A stretch of 64,000 nucleotides of DNA. Source: a virus. The stretch is taken from positions 64,001 through 128,000 of IMG/VR virus record IMGVR_UViG_3300037851_000359; one strand, written 5' to 3'. Under the pieces are notes generated by a model that was not told the DNA's origin, ran no database searches, and saw nothing but the letters and a program-made list of their open reading frames with translations. The first letter of the stretch is position 1. The number at the start of each line of letters is the position of its first letter. This document shows positions 21,657 through 31,336 of this stretch, one piece after another. The translations under genes and the position numbers were made by a program.

Positions 21657-21690
21657 TAAACCCCACGGTATTATTTTACCGTGGGGTTTA
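21657..21690 (-). terminator. Rho-independent terminator after gp32
   Basis: 14-bp inverted repeat TAAACCCCACGGTA / TACCGTGGGGTTTA followed by T-rich sequence on the minus strand. Confidence 0.8.
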
Positions 21691-21714
21691 TTAAAATCAA
21701 TAGGAAATTATTTT

Positions 21715-22716
21715 TCAACCTTCAGGGATATTAAAATCTGCATCATCAAAATTTATAGAATCAGGATCTACTTTAGTTTCCGCATGGGCCGTTGCTAATG
21801 GAGCAGGAGTTGATTTTTTAGGTTCGCCAAAATCAGGTTTAGGTGTAGTTTTAACAGGGGTCGGTTTTGATGCTGGTTGATTAGATAAATCATGTACCTC
21901 TTTATCACTACCAGTACTGCCATCCTTCATACCACCATTTAAATACTCTTCCAATTGTTCGACGGTTGGAATACCGCCTAATTTTTGTATGATATAATCT
22001 TTAAACGTTGTGTATGTGTATTTTTCAACTTCGGCCCACACTCTGGACAATTCATCTTCATCTTTTGCTATTGGACTATCACGACGATCAAAGTTAGAAG
22101 CACTATAATCGGGTTGGACCTTGCCTTGAAGGTCTTTCTTCGGATTGGCGGTTAAAATAAAATCAGTACCATTCTCAGGATGAGTAAAATCTAGATTATG
22201 AGTCGCTATAGCTTGTTCAATAATTTTCTTTATTTGCTCGCCGCTTTCAAAGGGTATAACTTTTCCAATTAAATCTTTCTGATGTTCAGGAGCATCTTTA
22301 ATGTAAATCAGGGTAAATATTCGCAATTTTGATCGAATGGTTGCGGACTGTTGTTTATCTAAAGAATTTTCACTCTTATATAAGTCCCATCCTAACTTAG
22401 CAATAGGATTATTGGCTTTCTTATCGAAAGTAGTGGTATCAATGCACTTAATGCGACGATTATCACCAGCACGATTAAACATATGAATTCGTACTTCGAA
22501 CCAATGTTTACCAGTTGGGCTATCTAGGAGAGGAAGAAACCGAATCTTCCAAGTCGTTTGTTCTGCAACTTTTTTATCATTAATTTTGAGTACTGGATTG
22601 AATTTCCAAGACTCTTTCACTTCGTTTTCTTTAGGTTCTTTTACAGATTCTTTTGCTATAGTTTCTTTGACTTTATCAAAAGAAGATTTGTAGGTTTTCC
22701 AGTTTGAGTTTGACAT
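21715..22716 (-). CDS. gp32: Single-stranded DNA-binding protein (gp32-like)
   Basis: IRFLP, GTDFIL, DYSASNF, acidic C-terminal tail; downstream of the gp59-like gene. Confidence 0.85.
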   Translation of the reverse strand: MSNSNWKTYKSSFDKVKETIAKESVKEPKENEVKESWKFNPVLKINDKKVAEQTTWKIRFLPLLDSPTGKHWFEVRIHMFNRAGDNRRIKCIDTTTFDKKANNPIAKLGWDLYKSENSLDKQQSATIRSKLRIFTLIYIKDAPEHQKDLIGKVIPFESGEQIKKIIEQAIATHNLDFTHPENGTDFILTANPKKDLQGKVQPDYSASNFDRRDSPIAKDEDELSRVWAEVEKYTYTTFKDYIIQKLGGIPTVEQLEEYLNGGMKDGSTGSDKEVHDLSNQPASKPTPVKTTPKPDFGEPKKSTPAPLATAHAETKVDPDSINFDDADFNIPEG

Positions 22717-22761
22717 AAGGTTCCTTTAAGTTTAAGGAGGGTTTATGAGGTTTAACTAAGT

Positions 22762-23364
22762 TTATTTTACCGTGAAAAAAGAGAAAAGCAAGCCTTTTAA
22801 TTGTTCGACTCTTTTTTCTATCACAGTCACAAGTTTTGGGTTTTCTTTAATCCTCCTTTCTATTTTTTTATATTGCATTATATAAGGCTTAAACATAATG
22901 CGGTCTATGGTGTTTAATTTATTTATATCAATCATATTATAATAAACAGCAATAATCCAGTCAAACTTTTTTTCTCTTATATGTTTAGGTGCATATTTTT
23001 TAATATAATCTTCAAAAGTTTTAATATTATTTTTCAAACAATAATTTTCTATAAATATAATATCTTTAATAACAGAATCATAATATTCTTGTTCAGTTAA
23101 TGCCCTTTTATTTTTAAATTCTTTAAATAATTCGTAACATTCCTCATTCATCAAAGAAAATGGTGAAAATGAATCTGGATTTTTTTCATGATTTGAAATA
23201 ATATATAATTTAATATCTTTATCAGTCATTTCACGTTTTTTAACAAAATAATCTAGTAATAAATAATAAAAATTTTTTTCAGTTAATTCATCAAATTTTT
23301 GTTTTTCTAGCTTAGACCATTTTCTAACCGATCTACAAAAATTATATAATGAATGTGGAGTCAT
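22762..23364 (-). CDS. Helicase loader (gp59-like), tentative
   Basis: Size and T4 synteny (33-59-32); only weak sequence resemblance. Confidence 0.5.
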   Translation of the reverse strand: MTPHSLYNFCRSVRKWSKLEKQKFDELTEKNFYYLLLDYFVKKREMTDKDIKLYIISNHEKNPDSFSPFSLMNEECYELFKEFKNKRALTEQEYYDSVIKDIIFIENYCLKNNIKTFEDYIKKYAPKHIREKKFDWIIAVYYNMIDINKLNTIDRIMFKPYIMQYKKIERRIKENPKLVTVIEKRVEQLKGLLFSFFTVK

Positions 23365-23675
23365 TGATTTTTCTTTAATCTCTTTTTCATATTAAATAAA
23401 TTTTTATCTAAATCTTTTTCCATAAAAGTTAATAAAGATTTTTTATGATCAGAGTTTAATTTTTTAAATAATTGATTAGCATCAATATTTAATGTTTCGC
23501 ATAATGCATAAGCAATTTCAACGGGATTCATTTTTTTAACAGTCAACATTGTTACGAACATTTTATTCAATGCTTCTTTTTCAATTTTATGAACCTGTTG
23601 TGGAGTCAATTTTAACAATTTTCCTATTTGATTATACGTCATATTTTTTGAAATTTTCATTTTTTTGTCTTTCAT
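23361..23675 (-). CDS. Sigma70 region-4-like HTH plus gp33-like late coactivator domain
   Basis: MTYNQIGKLLKLTPQQVHKIEKEALNKM matches the sigma r4.2 pattern; C-half resembles gp33; occupies the gene 33 position. Confidence 0.55.
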   Translation of the reverse strand: MKDKKMKISKNMTYNQIGKLLKLTPQQVHKIEKEALNKMFVTMLTVKKMNPVEIAYALCETLNIDANQLFKKLNSDHKKSLLTFMEKDLDKNLFNMKKRLKKNQ

Positions 23676-23678
23676 AAC

Positions 23679-25085
23679 TTATAACTCCAAGGTTTTTTGT
23701 TCTGCGAAGACAGATTCTTGTTCTGTTTCATTACTTATTTTTGTTACATTTTGTTTATCATTTATATGAGTAACATATTGTGAATTTTCAGAAAGATCTA
23801 CAATTCTCATGTAATCATATTCAAATCTCACAAAGAAACTAAAATTGCGTTTACTAAATCGTGATTTGGCTATAGTCAAACATACTTCATTATTTTGGTC
23901 AGATTCTTTAGTTCTAGCAATTGTAACCACAGCATCAGCAGTTTGAATAATTCCCAACGAATCAGAAATATCTTCCATTCCAATTTCTTTAGAATTGAAA
24001 GAAGTACGATTAGTTTGTGATGCTGTTATTACACATATATTATGAAGACATGCTAATGCTCTAAGTTCTTCGCTAACCGTGGTTAATTTACCATAGGTAT
24101 TGTCACTAAATGATTTTCCATTTGGCCTAACAAGTTTAAGATAATCGACAATAACGAAATCATATTTAATATTTCTTTGTAATTCAATTTTTTTCATTAC
24201 TGCGATAATATCATTCGTGCAAACTTCATTTGGAGCATAATTTATATAAGAAAGAACCCCACGTTTTTTGCTTGAAGATTTTAATTGATCCCGCAATGCG
24301 ATAGCTTTTTTAATTGCTAAATGAGGGTTTTTATTTATTTCATTTAATGTAATATCAGTAAATTTGGCATCAGTTCGTTGCGCTATATAATCTTCTGATA
24401 ATTCACAAGAAATATATAACACATTATATCCATCTAAACACAAATTAACCGCAGAATCATTTAAAAACAATGATTTGCCACTATTGGAAGGACCAGCATA
24501 AATAAATAATGCTTTCTTTCTATATCCACCACCCAAATTTTCATCTAATGTGTTAATGCCAGTTGAATATACTTCTGGTCTTATAGATGTTCTCAATAAA
24601 CGACTTTCCAAATCTTCAAAGTATTCAATACCAAGATTTTCTTCAAAACTAATTCTAAATGCTTTTTCCATAATAGAAGCAACTTCATCAGCTTTACCTT
24701 CTTCTATTTTAGGAAATGCTTCAACGACAGCATTCATTATTCTTTTGGTTTTAATATATTTCTTAGTTTCTTCATGCAACCATTCTAAAGCAGAGTTAAT
24801 ATCAAAATTTAATATTGATATATTATTTAAAATATCAATACATTTTTGTTGTTCATCTGGATTTTTGCATAATTGAGGAATTGCTTTATCTTCTAAAATT
24901 TTTATTGGTGGCAGTTTGCTGTATTTTTTATAAAATATTAGAATAGCTTTGACAATCACCCCCGAAGAATATGAAAATAATTCATGTGTTATTCTGGATG
25001 AATAAAACCTAAGATATTCTGAATCTGTTAACATACCCTTTAGGATATAATATTCTATTTTATCTTGTACTTCGGGGGGTTGCAT
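23679..25085 (-). CDS. gp41: Replicative DnaB-like helicase (gp41)
   Basis: GPSNSGKS, YISCEL, VIVDYL, TASQTNR, SDSLG, KSRF. Confidence 0.93.
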   Translation of the reverse strand: MQPPEVQDKIEYYILKGMLTDSEYLRFYSSRITHELFSYSSGVIVKAILIFYKKYSKLPPIKILEDKAIPQLCKNPDEQQKCIDILNNISILNFDINSALEWLHEETKKYIKTKRIMNAVVEAFPKIEEGKADEVASIMEKAFRISFEENLGIEYFEDLESRLLRTSIRPEVYSTGINTLDENLGGGYRKKALFIYAGPSNSGKSLFLNDSAVNLCLDGYNVLYISCELSEDYIAQRTDAKFTDITLNEINKNPHLAIKKAIALRDQLKSSSKKRGVLSYINYAPNEVCTNDIIAVMKKIELQRNIKYDFVIVDYLKLVRPNGKSFSDNTYGKLTTVSEELRALACLHNICVITASQTNRTSFNSKEIGMEDISDSLGIIQTADAVVTIARTKESDQNNEVCLTIAKSRFSKRNFSFFVRFEYDYMRIVDLSENSQYVTHINDKQNVTKISNETEQESVFAEQKTLEL

Positions 25086-25105
25086 TGGTTTCCTTATTAG
25101 TATAA

Positions 25106-25133
25106 ATTATAGCAATACCAACATTTATAGCAA
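25106..25133 (-). promoter_or_regulatory. Sigma70-type promoter upstream of gp41
   Basis: TTGCTA-N16-TATAAT with extended TG. Confidence 0.6.
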
Positions 25134-25136
25134 TAC

Positions 25137-26279
25137 TCAGGGTTCGGTGGCTGAGGATTCAGTATTAGAATTTTCAATAAAATCTAATTCATCAGTATCA
25201 ACATCATGCTCCGCATATTTATGGATTTCTTCAATTTTTTGATTTAATGGTTTTAATATAGGTTGCCATACTTCTTTTGTATATAAATCTTTTTCACGGA
25301 TTTTTTTATCCAAATGTTTAACATTATACCAAGCCCCAGATTTTTCAATGAAACCATGTTCTATAGCATCATCCAATAATCCATAAACCGGATTTACCCC
25401 ACGCTTAAAGTCAATATACATATAAGAACGAGTTCCAACAGGAACGAGTCTGTTCTTGTCTGATTTGGCTATTACTAAACTACCTTTTGTATCAATAACT
25501 TTTCGGTTTTCGGAATCTTTATCGCCAGAATCTTCCTTCATTAATTTTGATTCAAGAATAATAATACCACTTGACGCATACACGAACCCTTCACCGCCAC
25601 CCATCTTAATAGTTGGAGCGCCCATCATATTTTGTTGTTCATAAGTATGATTTGTAACTATTAATGGAACAGAATTTTCGGCGCATTCACAGGTTAATAC
25701 TCTAGCTGTTCCTCGTAATTCTTTTGCCCGTTGTCCCATATCAGAGGCAGATTTATCAGCTTCCACATCGTTTAACTCTTTAGTGCCAACTAGATTACCA
25801 ACAGAATCCATGAACATTATTAATGGTATATTTTTTGTATCATCATTCGTTCGCCATTCTCTCATAAAAGCAACAGATTCATTTCTAAATTGTGAAATTG
25901 TTTTTACTGGTATATGGATTAAACTATCAGCATCAACCCCTAAATTTGTAGCAAAATTCTTATCAATAGCATTTTCAGAATCAAAATAAACAACCTGATA
26001 TCCCTTCTTTTGTGCTTCTCTAGCCGTTGATAAGCATAAATAAGTTTTGCCTGCTTTTGATGGCCCAGCTATAACCATTACGCGATTATTAGGAAAGCCT
26101 TTAAAGTATGACCCACTAATAACTTTATTCATTCCGTATGATCCTGAACTTATATATTCAGAAATATTTGACAATCTTGATTCTGTTAATATGGAAGCTA
26201 ATTTATTTTTTCCTTTAAATTTTTCTAAAAATTTATTAGCCTTTTCTCTATTTTCTTTTATTGTTTTTTCATCTGTCAT
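25137..26279 (-). CDS. uvsX: RecA-like recombinase UvsX
   Basis: AGPSKAGKT, YFDSE, DSVGNL, DMGQRAK, TNHTY, MGGG. Confidence 0.93.
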   Translation of the reverse strand: MTDEKTIKENREKANKFLEKFKGKNKLASILTESRLSNISEYISSGSYGMNKVISGSYFKGFPNNRVMVIAGPSKAGKTYLCLSTAREAQKKGYQVVYFDSENAIDKNFATNLGVDADSLIHIPVKTISQFRNESVAFMREWRTNDDTKNIPLIMFMDSVGNLVGTKELNDVEADKSASDMGQRAKELRGTARVLTCECAENSVPLIVTNHTYEQQNMMGAPTIKMGGGEGFVYASSGIIILESKLMKEDSGDKDSENRKVIDTKGSLVIAKSDKNRLVPVGTRSYMYIDFKRGVNPVYGLLDDAIEHGFIEKSGAWYNVKHLDKKIREKDLYTKEVWQPILKPLNQKIEEIHKYAEHDVDTDELDFIENSNTESSATEP

Positions 26280-26352
26280 AGAATGCTCCTTATGAAGTGT
26301 TTTTGGTTCTGTATATTTTATCTTTTTAATTATTTAAATCAAGTATTTTTTA

Positions 26353-26535
26353 TTAATTTTTATTTTCATCAATTTCAGTTAAATAATTAGTTACCATTTC
26401 GGAAAAAAATACCATAAGTTGTTGTTTATTTATTATGGTATCGTCAAACGATAATACAATATTTCCGTCTGGTTTTATTTTTAATTCAGCAACTATAGTA
26501 TCTTTTATAATATCTTTAGCATTGGTTTTTTTCAT
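26353..26535 (-). CDS. Small hypothetical protein
   Basis: AAAGGA SD; lies between the polymerase C-half and uvsX. Confidence 0.5.
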   Translation of the reverse strand: MKKTNAKDIIKDTIVAELKIKPDGNIVLSFDDTIINKQQLMVFFSEMVTNYLTEIDENKN

Positions 26536-26549
26536 ATTTTTTTCCTTTG

Positions 26550-27518
26550 TTAATCTAAAAACATGTCCTCTATGTCAATTATATCGAATCGTGGAAGTGA
26601 CCATTTTAAAACATCATAAATTTTTGTAAGACAAGCAACGAATACTTTCTGCAACATTGTATCATAGTCTACTATTATATTCAATTCTTTTGGAAAGTCA
26701 TCTTTAAATGCTATTGAATCAATTTCCAAATCTAAACATTTGCATGATTTTATATATACAACTTTGACTTTATCACCTTCATTAATATAATCATATTTAT
26801 TTTCAAGATTCATCTTTTTTATTAACATATTATAAAAAATACATCCTTTTATATGCTGAGGACAACCTTTAATGGGGAATCCTGTAGATGGATCTGTATA
26901 TTTTGAAATATTATTAGCGGAAGATACTTTAGCTATTTCACTTGGGGTCAATTTCTTTAATTCATCATAAGTATTTCTTAAATAATTTTTAATTTGGGTT
27001 TCATTATTAATTTGAAGAACATTTTTATAAAAATCTTTTAATTTATCTCTAATAATATCAGGAATATTTGATCTTACTGATTCAAGACCTTTAACTTCAA
27101 TTTCGTGTTCGTCGCCTGCTGGAACGGGTCCATCTTCACCAATTATAACCCAAGCAGAATATCTTTTTTTAGCGATATAAAATGCCCGGCGAGCAATCAT
27201 TTCCCGTTTAAATATTAATTTATTATCTGGGCAATTCATCATTTTTATAGTTAATTTTTTCATAGCAGAATCAATAATTGCCGTTAATAATTTATTAATA
27301 TTATTATTAATAAATTCAGATGCTTTTTGATTATCATTATAATATTGATAATTGAATGATTTTAAAATTTTACCAACATTAACATAACACGAATTATGAA
27401 CCAAAATGTCATTGGCAAAAAAGGTATGCGGGGTATCTTTCATTCCAATATCATATACATCTTGATATTCATCTGATATTTCTTCTATAGATACAATTTC
27501 ATCAATTTCTGGAATCAT
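26550..27518 (-). CDS. gp43: DNA polymerase B C-terminal half with an N-terminal split-intein C fragment (42 aa)
   Basis: IntC VYDIGM...HTFFANDILVHN followed by Ser+1 (SCYVN); FKREMI, KKRY, VKGLESVRS polB motifs. Confidence 0.93.
   Translation of the reverse strand: MIPEIDEIVSIEEISDEYQDVYDIGMKDTPHTFFANDILVHNSCYVNVGKILKSFNYQYYNDNQKASEFINNNINKLLTAIIDSAMKKLTIKMMNCPDNKLIFKREMIARRAFYIAKKRYSAWVIIGEDGPVPAGDEHEIEVKGLESVRSNIPDIIRDKLKDFYKNVLQINNETQIKNYLRNTYDELKKLTPSEIAKVSSANNISKYTDPSTGFPIKGCPQHIKGCIFYNMLIKKMNLENKYDYINEGDKVKVVYIKSCKCLDLEIDSIAFKDDFPKELNIIVDYDTMLQKVFVACLTKIYDVLKWSLPRFDIIDIEDMFLD
27393..27518 (-). mobile_element. Split intein C-fragment (IntC)
   Basis: Blocks F and G ending HN|S. Confidence 0.9.
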
Positions 27519-27519
27519 A

Positions 27520-28635
27520 TTACCCTTTCAAGAAGGAAATAGTTTTAGTTAAAATGAGATCTGGATTTTCAGTCCAGTCATTTTCCCATATCACCAATAT
27601 ATCAGAAACTTCATTAGTTTCAAGGATTTTTTTTATACGAATATCATCGTACAACCATATGTCTTTTGCAATTTTACAACACTTATTTGGATAGTGAATT
27701 AATTCATCGGAATCATACATAGATGGATTAGCATGCCAATAATTTCCAAAAAATTCAATTGCTCGTTTATTGTTTTCGCAATAAAAATCAAGATAATAAC
27801 AAGAATTATCTTTTGCAATTATTAATTTTTCGCCATTATGAGAATTATAAAAACAATTATAAAACAAATTATTATCATTTAAACGCGAAAAAATTGAATC
27901 AAATAAAATTTTTGACGAATTTGATACTGAATAGGTTTTAAAATTATTATTTTCTCTCTTATTCAAAAATTCTAAATATTTAATCTTCCCTATTTCAGGT
28001 CCGAATTTATATACATAGGTTTCATATGAATGGGATTTTAAAAAATTGACTAATTTATATTTTTTCTCCCCCTTTTCTTTGCCATATTTTTCAATAAAAT
28101 ACTCCAATTTATTTGTATATGCTTGTTGACTGCAATAACGATTCCATTTTTCTAATCCAATTTCCTTTCCCCATTTTTTTATTAAATTTTCTTTTGTAAC
28201 GGATCTAGATTTATTAAATTCATCAAATTTTTTTTCATCCCATCCATATTTTTGTTTTTTATATTCATAGGTATTTTTTATTCTTTGTTTTTCACAATAT
28301 GTTTCCCATTTTTTAGTTCCTTCTTGTTTTCCATGTTTTTTAATAAAATTATCCAAAGTAACAGAATGATCATTTGCCCATTTAATTTTATTGATACTAG
28401 CATTTTCATGATTATCATTTTTAAAAATTCGAAAATATTCATAACTGCCCGGAATTCTTGACTTTGTAATAACTTCTGCTGTAGATTGTTCAAACCCTCT
28501 CAATAACCAATACTTTATATTCCGACAACTAATCCTTGATTTATTTTCACCATTATTTAATTTTATATTTTTTAATTTCCCCTCATTATGCAGATTTTTG
28601 ACAATAATTATTATTTTTTCATATTCAGTGTCCAT
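27520..28635 (-). CDS. Free-standing homing endonuclease, Vsr-like/EDxHD type, with N-terminal repeats
   Basis: C-terminal GEK..YYLDFYC..AIEFFGNYWH..DDIR..LVIWE; four K[HWYF]G..[EI]G..K[WY] repeats; sits between the split polymerase halves. Confidence 0.8.
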   Translation of the reverse strand: MDTEYEKIIIIVKNLHNEGKLKNIKLNNGENKSRISCRNIKYWLLRGFEQSTAEVITKSRIPGSYEYFRIFKNDNHENASINKIKWANDHSVTLDNFIKKHGKQEGTKKWETYCEKQRIKNTYEYKKQKYGWDEKKFDEFNKSRSVTKENLIKKWGKEIGLEKWNRYCSQQAYTNKLEYFIEKYGKEKGEKKYKLVNFLKSHSYETYVYKFGPEIGKIKYLEFLNKRENNNFKTYSVSNSSKILFDSIFSRLNDNNLFYNCFYNSHNGEKLIIAKDNSCYYLDFYCENNKRAIEFFGNYWHANPSMYDSDELIHYPNKCCKIAKDIWLYDDIRIKKILETNEVSDILVIWENDWTENPDLILTKTISFLKG

Positions 28636-28669
28636 ATTTTACTCCGACAGAACTACCTGTGTCCGTATA

Positions 28670-28677
28670 TATTTATA
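28670..28677 (-). promoter_or_regulatory. T4-type late promoter for the endonuclease
   Basis: TATAAATA ~35 nt upstream of ATG 28635; GGAG SD at 28642-28645. Confidence 0.65.
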
Positions 28678-28688
28678 AAAATAAACTA

Positions 28689-30854
28689 TCATTTTATACA
28701 AATTATTTTATCTCCCGGTGTTATTTCTTTTGGGGTTTTTTGTTTTAATATATCATTGACTAATATCATACAAGAATGATCTTCTGTTACATCTATATAT
28801 TTTCCAGATTTTGTTTTAATTCTATACATTTTCTTTTTTACAAAATGTCTTTCTATGAATTCAACCTTACCATATTTTATAATTTTTGATTCTTCATCAT
28901 AATATGGCAACGTCAATTTATCTGGAATTATATATTCTCTTCCGTTTGAATCAATATGATAAGTGTCAAAATTTTCATTTCCTAATACATTAAACAATTC
29001 TTTAATCTGCAATTTTTTTCCATCTTCAAGAGTTACTATAGAACCCCCCGCAATAGAATCTGTATCTTGATATATCATAACGCCATCATTAATATTTTTT
29101 GCATTATATGATTTTCCAATATTTGACAATTCCCAATTATTTTTAAAATAATTATCCAAAGCATCCCCTGATGCTACAATAGCTTGCTGTCCCGTTGAGG
29201 TTACGGCTAAAGCATTATCAATGTCAAACAATCTACTAAATTTTGACCCGACATAACCATACACAGAATTAATTAATATTTTATAATTTTTCTGTAATAA
29301 TTTATGAAGATTTTCATTTACATGATCCCCACTATCATGGCATTCAAATTGTTTTTTCTTATGATATTTTCTCTTCTCAAACCATTCTTTAACGAATTTA
29401 GGAACAATTCCAGTTTTTGATTGATCATAAACAGCACCATTAGTTGCAATTGAATATTTATTAGTTTTAATTAAATCAATTATATTTTTAACAGTATTTC
29501 CTAAATTATCAGCAATTTTATTTTCATTTTCTTCAGATAAGGTTTCACCATTTAATGCTTTCATGATATAAGGCACTATAAAATCAAAACATTTTCTAAC
29601 TTTAGTTTCTGGAGATATATTATGCATCATCATAATTGATGGATATAGAGAGGCAGCATCATATGACACTACCCAATCATGGCATCCCAAAACGGGATCA
29701 CGAACGAAAGCCCCCTCATATTCACCTTCTGCGGATCTATCGCAATCAGGCAAAATAATATGATCCAAGTATAATTTGGATAAAAAAGCTCCGTCTAGAA
29801 CTTTTGTAGTTTTTTCAAAATTTTCAAATTGTACTAAGCATCCATAAGATATAGATGCCAATAATTGCAAGAATCCATTTTTAATTTCTATTAAATTTAA
29901 AAGATTAACGTCTTGAATGTTATATTCGCAATATCGTTGCCAATCATTGTTATATAAATCTTTTAACGACCCTTCATATTCTAATTTAGCCCCCACCTTT
30001 TCAACTTTTGATGCTATATAATCCAGTTTAAATGAAGGTTGTTCTTTTTGTGTATATTTTTTATATAAATCAATATATTCAATAATATTAATTCCAACAA
30101 TTTCATAAATTTTAGTTTCTTTTACATTACCTTTTCCAAATTTAACTTGCTTAATACGTTCTCTAATATAACCTATTGGCGATAGCTTATTAACCATATT
30201 TTCGCTTAATAATTGTTTAGCTCTATTAATGATATAAGGAATATCGAATCGTGTTATATTCCATCCAGTTATAATGTCAGGATGTTGATTATTAATTACT
30301 GTTATAAACTTTTTTAGTAATGCTTCTTCGGTTCTACAAATAAATATTTCATCATTCGATGTTAATAATGGCCGACCTTTAATATCTTTTATATTAGTAT
30401 CGAATTCTTTTTCTGCAAAAACAAAATATTTTTTTTGCTTTGTTGAATATATGGTAATAATGGTTATAGGATGTTTTGCTTCTTCAGCATTAGGGAATCC
30501 AACTTCTGAATGGACCTCAATATCAATGAAAAATATATCAAGAACAGGTGGTTTAAATGGCATTCCAGCCCATTTTTGCATTATATATTTTGTTTCAATA
30601 TCAACATCAGATTCAAACATTTTTCTATTTGCTTCTTGATACATTTCTCGGGTTTCTTTATATTTACCCCAAGAATCAAATTCCATTTTTCGGACATAAT
30701 CACCGAAAATACTTTTATAATCAGTTTTTGAATCTGATTTTACATAAAAATATAGGGGGGCATCATCCTTGACATGAATTTTTTCCCCCCGATCATTATA
30801 TTCCCAAGAATGAATCTTATTTGATGATCGTGAAAAATAGATATAAGAAAACAT
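28689..30854 (-). CDS. gp43: DNA polymerase B N-terminal half (exonuclease + palm) with a C-terminal split-intein N fragment (122 aa)
   Basis: DIEV (ExoI), GWNITRFDIPY, YNIQDV, SYDAASLYPS, KILINSVYG, YQDTD|SIAGGS...TEDH. Confidence 0.95.
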   Translation of the reverse strand: MFSYIYFSRSSNKIHSWEYNDRGEKIHVKDDAPLYFYVKSDSKTDYKSIFGDYVRKMEFDSWGKYKETREMYQEANRKMFESDVDIETKYIMQKWAGMPFKPPVLDIFFIDIEVHSEVGFPNAEEAKHPITIITIYSTKQKKYFVFAEKEFDTNIKDIKGRPLLTSNDEIFICRTEEALLKKFITVINNQHPDIITGWNITRFDIPYIINRAKQLLSENMVNKLSPIGYIRERIKQVKFGKGNVKETKIYEIVGINIIEYIDLYKKYTQKEQPSFKLDYIASKVEKVGAKLEYEGSLKDLYNNDWQRYCEYNIQDVNLLNLIEIKNGFLQLLASISYGCLVQFENFEKTTKVLDGAFLSKLYLDHIILPDCDRSAEGEYEGAFVRDPVLGCHDWVVSYDAASLYPSIMMMHNISPETKVRKCFDFIVPYIMKALNGETLSEENENKIADNLGNTVKNIIDLIKTNKYSIATNGAVYDQSKTGIVPKFVKEWFEKRKYHKKKQFECHDSGDHVNENLHKLLQKNYKILINSVYGYVGSKFSRLFDIDNALAVTSTGQQAIVASGDALDNYFKNNWELSNIGKSYNAKNINDGVMIYQDTDSIAGGSIVTLEDGKKLQIKELFNVLGNENFDTYHIDSNGREYIIPDKLTLPYYDEESKIIKYGKVEFIERHFVKKKMYRIKTKSGKYIDVTEDHSCMILVNDILKQKTPKEITPGDKIICIK
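28692..29057 (-). mobile_element. Split intein N-fragment (IntN, Ser1)
   Basis: Begins SIAGGSIV directly after DTD; block B VTEDHS; ends at the stop codon with no C-terminal Asn. Confidence 0.9.
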
Positions 30855-30862
30855 GATTACTA

Positions 30863-31315
30863 TTATACTCCGGTTGATCCAAATCCGTTGGTCCCACGTT
30901 CAACATTATTAGGTTCATGATTAATAGGGGTCAACACAATTTTTGGAAGTTTATTGAAAACCATTTGAGCTATTCTATCTCCAATTTTAACGACAAAATC
31001 AGTATTTCCATTATTAAATAAAATAACTTGAATATACCCGGTATAAGTGCAATCAATCGTACCAGGAGAATTTAAAACAAATACTTGATTTTTTGCTGCA
31101 AGACCGGATCGTGAACGAATTTGACACTCCCATCCTAATGGCATCTGTAATTTAATGCCAGTATTAATTACCATTGAAGATTTTGGCTTTATTATGCCTT
31201 CTATTGCCGAATGAATATCCCATCCAGCATCAGAACTATATTTTTGATAAGGGGCCTTTGCTTCTGGAAATATTATTGAATCAATATAAAAGCCTATCTC
31301 TGTTATTTCTTGCAT
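30863..31315 (-). CDS. dut: Trimeric dUTPase
   Basis: DAGWD, RSRSGLA, NSPGTID.TYTG, GDRIAQ, RGTNGFGSTG. Confidence 0.95.
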   Translation of the reverse strand: MQEITEIGFYIDSIIFPEAKAPYQKYSSDAGWDIHSAIEGIIKPKSSMVINTGIKLQMPLGWECQIRSRSGLAAKNQVFVLNSPGTIDCTYTGYIQVILFNNGNTDFVVKIGDRIAQMVFNKLPKIVLTPINHEPNNVERGTNGFGSTGV

Positions 31316-31336
31316 ATATTATTTTCCTTAAATATT

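Noticed and set aside
26550-30854. Polymerase pseudogene or group I intron interruption
   Set aside because: Both halves carry complementary intein blocks and intact catalytic motifs; the intergenic gaps (1 and 53 bp) cannot hold a ribozyme core.
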